A DNA stretch of 39,385 nt. Origin: a virus (Duplodnaviria; Caudoviricetes). The stretch is from positions 1 through 39,385 of the IMG/VR virus record IMGVR_UViG_3300012987_000003; one strand, written 5' to 3'. The notes below the pieces were generated by a model. It saw nothing but the letters and a program-made list of their open reading frames with translations. It did no database searches and was not told the DNA's origin. Below are positions 35,263 through 39,385 of the stretch, one piece after another (positions within the stretch are counted from its first letter, which is position 1; each line of letters begins with the position of its first letter). The translations under genes were made by a program, and so were the position numbers.

Positions 35263-36374
35263 TTCTCATCATCCTTATCTTCTGGCATCAATATGCCCAG
35301 GATCGCGCCACCGGAACGCTCCGGGCCGAAATTGTCCAGCTCGGCATAAGTGGGGTCAATGGCGACCTCCCCCTCCGTTGAAACGCTCGTTTCTGCACGT
35401 TCGTGCTGAGTGGGGGCTCCTGTTTCGGGTATAGCTTCGTCTGGAGCGGGGGAGTTCGAGAGCTTCACCATCTCGCCTTCCGCGTAATGCCGCCCCGCAC
35501 CTGAAAGAACATTGCGTCTTCCACCACCAAGTACTTTTTCCGTGACTATGTAGCCGTGAACATCCATGTAATCAGTAGCGGTTTCCAATTCGTCGTCTGC
35601 AACGTTTTTCAAAGCACGTTTTACCGCGTTAATTCCAAGAGAATGATTGCCCAATGCGTACTCAAAATACAACAACTTTGCACCGTCACTTATGTTGAGC
35701 GTCACGTCATCTGCGCTGCTTCCACGCCGGGCGATTGAGTTGGCCGACTTTTGCACCCAATCGGATTGCGGAGCGGGCGTCTCTTCTTGCGCCGTGTCAT
35801 ACCATTGCCATTTCATTGCCACGATCAAAAGCATCGCCAGCCCGAACGCACCCAAACCGATACCACCGCCAATATTCAGAATTGGCTCAGTCCATGCCCG
35901 GACGGGCTCAGACTTCGCGTACTCTAGCAGGTGCTGCGCGGTTGCTACGTCCGCTGGTGCATCCTTCGTCTGCGTGGCGTGGTCTGATTCCTGCGTGTAC
36001 TTCGCGGACATGAGCATATCATCCGTAGACTGCGCTGATTTCGTTGCAGTCTGCGCCCTAGGCTGCGCGGTCAACGTCTGCGCGTTGTAGATGACGCTGG
36101 TCAAGCTGATGGCCTTCGTCTCTGTGCTCGCGCGATACCCTGCGTCCTGCACCTGCTTCGTGTTCGCTGCATCCTGCACCATCTTCGCGCCCTGCGTCTG
36201 TGCGGCAAAATCGGGTGTAGCGCTTTTCTGTGGGGTAGGTGGCAATTCAGTCACCATCGGGCTATTCTGCGGCTCTGCGCCCGTCCTGTTGGCTCCTGGC
36301 GCGTTTTTAGCGCCCGCGCCGCACGCGGTCAGGAGTAGGAGCAGGGCGAGAAGGGGCAGGTGGTAGCGGGTCAT
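35259..36374 (-). CDS. Lipoprotein with internal TM and winged-helix-like C-terminal domain
   Basis: Lipobox LLLTAC; Thr/Ala/Gln-rich stalk; TM GIGLGAFGLAMLLIVAM; GINAVKRAL...DYMDVHGYI...NVLSGAG. Confidence 0.7.
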   Translation of the reverse strand: MTRYHLPLLALLLLLTACGAGAKNAPGANRTGAEPQNSPMVTELPPTPQKSATPDFAAQTQGAKMVQDAANTKQVQDAGYRASTETKAISLTSVIYNAQTLTAQPRAQTATKSAQSTDDMLMSAKYTQESDHATQTKDAPADVATAQHLLEYAKSEPVRAWTEPILNIGGGIGLGAFGLAMLLIVAMKWQWYDTAQEETPAPQSDWVQKSANSIARRGSSADDVTLNISDGAKLLYFEYALGNHSLGINAVKRALKNVADDELETATDYMDVHGYIVTEKVLGGGRRNVLSGAGRHYAEGEMVKLSNSPAPDEAIPETGAPTQHERAETSVSTEGEVAIDPTYAELDNFGPERSGGAILGILMPEDKDDEK

Positions 36375-36379
36375 TTTGT

Positions 36380-36709
36380 TTATGCAAATCCCATGTTGCT
36401 ATCGACAAGAACCCACTTATTGACATCTTGTCGTTGATAAGTTCGTCCGCGCAAAGGAGCTTCGAGAATGAGAAGCCAAGAATGATCCGGGTCTTTTTGT
36501 GCCATCTCTTCAAACTCCGCCAGCGTGCGGAAAACTTCGTCGTTCGGCCCTTCGGCAAAAATAACTTTACTGCCGCATTGAACCATTGCACACCCAAAGC
36601 CAACCGCCACAACTGTATCAAGCGGCGCTATTTCTTCGACTGGCGGGCAACACAAACAGCCTTGATGTATTGTACCTGCGTATGGGGGTAATTTTTTCCA
36701 GTGTCTCAT
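36380..36709 (-). CDS. Hypothetical protein
   Basis: GCLCCPP...AVGFG...APLRGRTYQRQ. Confidence 0.7.
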   Translation of the reverse strand: MRHWKKLPPYAGTIHQGCLCCPPVEEIAPLDTVVAVGFGCAMVQCGSKVIFAEGPNDEVFRTLAEFEEMAQKDPDHSWLLILEAPLRGRTYQRQDVNKWVLVDSNMGFA

Positions 36710-36743
36710 GCTCTACTCTCCATTCTCGCGCCATCGGGCGCGG

Positions 36744-37124
36744 CTATGCCAACTCTTCCATTTCAGACGCGGCTACTTTGTCAGACATGTCCACGTTTTC
36801 GTCAAGCTCTCCACACGAACATGTCACGGTACAAATACACGACACGCCGAAGTATGATTTTGCATAACGTCCGCCGCCGTCTTCGGTTGCTTCGGCTGTA
36901 AATTCTGCGGTTAATTCGTGGCCTTCGCCCTGGTGTTCGGCTACATCAACTTCACCAGAAAGCGAGATCGTTGTTTCTTTCAATTCAGTACCGCAATCCG
37001 CGCAATTACGTACAAGACGATATTCAGCTTCGATAGTTCCCGTCTGTGGATCAAATTCCGCGCTGTTCTCTTCCGGTTCTTGCAACTCAAGACTTACAAA
37101 TTTCGAGCAATCTGGGCATCGCAT
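36744..37124 (-). CDS. Acidic Zn-binding protein
   Basis: CPDC, CADC, CSC motifs; AGGAG RBS. Confidence 0.75.
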   Translation of the reverse strand: MRCPDCSKFVSLELQEPEENSAEFDPQTGTIEAEYRLVRNCADCGTELKETTISLSGEVDVAEHQGEGHELTAEFTAEATEDGGGRYAKSYFGVSCICTVTCSCGELDENVDMSDKVAASEMEELA

Positions 37125-37149
37125 AATAACTTCTCCTGTTGATTATGAT

Positions 37150-37407
37150 ATTTCAGTCGTGCCCCGCGTGCGCTGTGCCATTCTCAATCCCATGAGTATG
37201 TGTACACGCGGGGCCGCACTATTTTGTGCGTCCTGACGCCCGAGGGCGCTTGTGCGCTGACAATTCACGGTTTGTTTTCCGGTCTCGCAGCATCAGGGGT
37301 GTTACTCGGTTGCGGACTGAAATTTATTCTGCGTCACAGGAGCGCTCCTTATCAGTCTTCACGCGATTGCATCTTACTTGCCGCAACCGTCTGCACAGCG
37401 CAAGCGC
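37150..37407 (-). ncRNA. Multi-stem, pseudoknotted ncRNA candidate of unknown family (~260 nt)
   Basis: At least seven helices fill an intergenic gap; G-U pairs favour the minus strand. Confidence 0.65.
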
Positions 37408-37416
37408 TGGAACATC

Positions 37417-38022
37417 CTATAAGGGGAATACCTGATCGGGTTTGTAGTATACGCGCCCAAAGTTTTCGAGAAGGATGGTAATTTCTCCGTCACTATCCGC
37501 TACGGGATTCACGACAATGCCATTGGATGAATACTCGTTTCCACTGTGGGATTTTCCTGTCAAGCGCACCCACTGACCGAACTTGAATGCCGGAGCCACG
37601 GCGGGGCGGACTTCGGCATGGCTAAGGCTGTCGCGATCCGCGTTTACCCATTGGCCACCGGGAAGAATAAGCCGAAAAGACCCGTCTCGGAAAACAAGGC
37701 TTATCTTCGCCGGAACAAATGCGCCGCTGATATGCCATAAGACATCATCATCTACCGCGATATTCTTTGCGTCCGCAATAACTGGCTCATCCGCAACTGG
37801 CGCGGATGGGGCGGTTGCGGATTCGTTTGGCGGGGCAGTGTTTGACCACTCAGCCACTTTTTGAACTTTCTCGACGACTTCAACCACGCCGACTATCTTG
37901 TATAAATATATTTTTCCGCCTTCGTTCCTGGCTTCTTGTTCTGCGCGAAACTTCGCGTGTTCCAAGGTTTCGGGATAATTACAATATCTTCCAACTGTCC
38001 AGTAATTACTTTCTTCTTCCAT
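37417..38022 (-). CDS. Hypothetical protein with SH3/KOW-like C-terminal modules
   Basis: GAGGAG RBS before ATG 38022; IAVDDDVLW and FKFGQWVRL modules. Confidence 0.7.
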   Translation of the reverse strand: MEEESNYWTVGRYCNYPETLEHAKFRAEQEARNEGGKIYLYKIVGVVEVVEKVQKVAEWSNTAPPNESATAPSAPVADEPVIADAKNIAVDDDVLWHISGAFVPAKISLVFRDGSFRLILPGGQWVNADRDSLSHAEVRPAVAPAFKFGQWVRLTGKSHSGNEYSSNGIVVNPVADSDGEITILLENFGRVYYKPDQVFPL

Positions 38023-38043
38023 GAATACACTCCTCGATAATAA

Positions 38044-38128
38044 AACACACAGCCGCTTTGCAATCACCTGTTGCCTTGCTTGTCGAGAGCATGGGCCTTT
38101 AGCGGTAACTGGAAAGCGGCTGTGTGTT
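38044..38128 (-). ncRNA. Long hairpin leader RNA, C4/CI-like antisense or attenuator candidate (module 2)
   Basis: Perfect 16-bp stem 38044-38059/38113-38128; CAGUUACC/GGUGAUUG stem with G-U on the minus strand; apical loop CUCGACA; 3' U-rich tail. Confidence 0.65.
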
Positions 38129-38163
38129 GGCAACAAAAATGCCCGTTTACTCTCGACAAAGTA

Positions 38164-38192
38164 ATAATAGCATCTTTCGCGGCGGGATGCAA
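38164..38192 (-). promoter_or_regulatory. Sigma70-type promoter of module 2
   Basis: TTGCAT(38192-38187)-17 nt-TATTAT(38169-38164). Confidence 0.65.
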
Positions 38193-38223
38193 TACCCAAA
38201 ATCTACGCAAAGTTATGCAGGTT

Positions 38224-38535
38224 TCACCACCCGCGCCACATCGGGCTATTCGCAGCCATTGCCAGCAGCAAGACAGGTAGTCCGCATAGCGCCGTCAGCG
38301 CTGGCCCAATGACGCACCACGCCGCTATACGCTCAGTTGATGTGATGTGGCGCGGAACAGTAGACGATAAGCGCGGGAAATTTTCGCGCAAAACGGCGCT
38401 CTTGTTTGATCTGCCGTCTTTTTCAACAATGGCGGTCTTGCCGTACAACGTGTAATAATCGGGCTTACATGCAATTACGTCGTCGTATGGACAATCGTAG
38501 TTTTTGTAGACTTCGCCCTGGGGCGTAACATTCAT
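38224..38535 (-). CDS. Hypothetical protein with C-terminal TM
   Basis: ATG 38535 coupled to the upstream stop; GGAG RBS. Confidence 0.5.
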   Translation of the reverse strand: MNVTPQGEVYKNYDCPYDDVIACKPDYYTLYGKTAIVEKDGRSNKSAVLRENFPRLSSTVPRHITSTERIAAWCVIGPALTALCGLPVLLLAMAANSPMWRGW

Positions 38536-39230
38536 GGCTTCGCTCCTTGTTCCGCTTGCGCGGTGGATAGGCGTTTGAACTCCACGAGCCAAACCCAGGG
38601 ATTTGCATCCCACGAGCCAGCGCCGTTAATAGTGTTCCAAAGAATGCGGTATCCATCTCGATAACTATCGCATTCGACTTCTGGAAATGAATCGGTAATC
38701 CCTTCGGCTATCGCATCCGCTTCGGTGATGTTCTGCAACCGTTCGCAGCGCACGCTGACGATTTCGAGCGTGATACGGCTGGCCCAGCGCGGCATGAAGA
38801 TGGACGGCTTCCATTTGTAGCCTTTTTCTCTGAACCAAGACAGCATTTCGCCGTCTGCCCTGTAGCAAACCGAATCCGGGTTTTCTGTTTCCGTAATTGA
38901 GCTATACCATGTCTCGCGCACCCACAGCCGATCACCGACCGCACCATAGGGGCATTTGACGGGGATAGGGTTTATTTCGCGCTCCTGCCTTCCCAAGAAC
39001 CAATGATATAAGCCAGGATTTTTATCGTAATCCTTCTTATCTTTGATAAAATAACTTGACGGGGCCAACCCTTTGTATCCGCAATCCCCGAACGGTGCTC
39101 CATCACCAACAAAACTTCCGGGGTAAGAGTTTACGTACTCCAATCCGGGCAATCGGCGAGTTTGAGTTTTTCGATCTTCGAGTGTAGAAATAACCATTTC
39201 AGCTTTGAATAATATCGGTCTCTCCATCAT
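38532..39230 (-). CDS. ASCH/PUA-like phage protein
   Basis: ERPILF...RKTQTRR...CPYG.VGDRLWVRETW...WKPSIFMPRWASRI...WDANPWVW; start ATG 39230. Confidence 0.85.
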   Translation of the reverse strand: MMERPILFKAEMVISTLEDRKTQTRRLPGLEYVNSYPGSFVGDGAPFGDCGYKGLAPSSYFIKDKKDYDKNPGLYHWFLGRQEREINPIPVKCPYGAVGDRLWVRETWYSSITETENPDSVCYRADGEMLSWFREKGYKWKPSIFMPRWASRITLEIVSVRCERLQNITEADAIAEGITDSFPEVECDSYRDGYRILWNTINGAGSWDANPWVWLVEFKRLSTAQAEQGAKP

Positions 39231-39343
39231 TTGTTCACCTTTCCAATCGTGAGTGTCCCGCAGAATCCGCATACATACCCGCCGTTACATGGCGCGTGCG
39301 GCGTGCTCATTCCGCAGGTGGGGCAGGGACGGGGCGCGGTCAT
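39227..39343 (-). CDS. 38-aa Zn-ribbon peptide reading through the repeat boundary
   Basis: MTAPRPCPTCGMSTPHAPCNGGYVCGFCGTLTIGKVNK; ATGA-coupled on both sides. Confidence 0.55.
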   Translation of the reverse strand: MTAPRPCPTCGMSTPHAPCNGGYVCGFCGTLTIGKVNK

Positions 39344-39385
39344 GCGTCGCTCGGCTGCATAGCGCGGATCATGTCTGCTAACTGC
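39263..39385. repeat. Terminal direct repeat, right copy
   Basis: Identical to 1-123. Confidence 0.97.

Noticed and set aside
37315-37360. GACUGA/UCAGUC pairing resembling group I intron P7, and CUGAUAA resembling a hammerhead core
   Set aside because: No P3-P4-P6 ordering or P8 and no interrupted gene; the hammerhead needs CUGANGA plus GAAA, both absent
1-39385. Stop-codon recoding, DGR/reverse transcriptase, tRNA genes, CRISPR array, introns or inteins
   Set aside because: Core genes are intact in the standard code with TAA, TAG and TGA all used as stops; no RT motif, tRNA cloverleaf, spaced repeat array or interrupted core gene was seen by eye

Overview
The window is an apparently complete, circularly assembled ~39.26 kb tailed-phage genome: bases 1-123 are repeated exactly at 39263-39385. 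It has a siphovirus-like tail with no sheath gene, a Mu-like head module and a PBSX-type large terminase. A divergent control region at ~8.5 kb separates two arms. The leftward early arm carries many small Zn-ribbon and membrane ORFs, a Gp3-like protein, a replication initiator with internal iterons and a DnaC/IstB-like loader, and it continues across the junction into 39.3-33.3 kb. The rightward arm carries an RHH-like regulator, DUF4031, a nuclease, and terminase, head, tail and membrane genes. I see no integrase, transposase, CI-type repressor, endolysin, tRNA or CRISPR array. The host may be Chloroflexota (inference from protein style only). The most unusual signal is non-coding. Two leader modules (3544-3729 and 38030-38192, both minus strand) share one architecture but have different key sequences: promoter, then short target boxes a and b, then a long hairpin RNA displaying a' and b', then a U-tract. 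This resembles P1 C4 / P4 CI antisense immunity, and one module gates the replication operon. Two further heavily structured intergenic RNAs (8884-9049 + and 37150-37407 -) match no family I recognise. All protein calls come from motif recognition and synteny and all RNA folds were paired by eye; no searches or folding programs were run.
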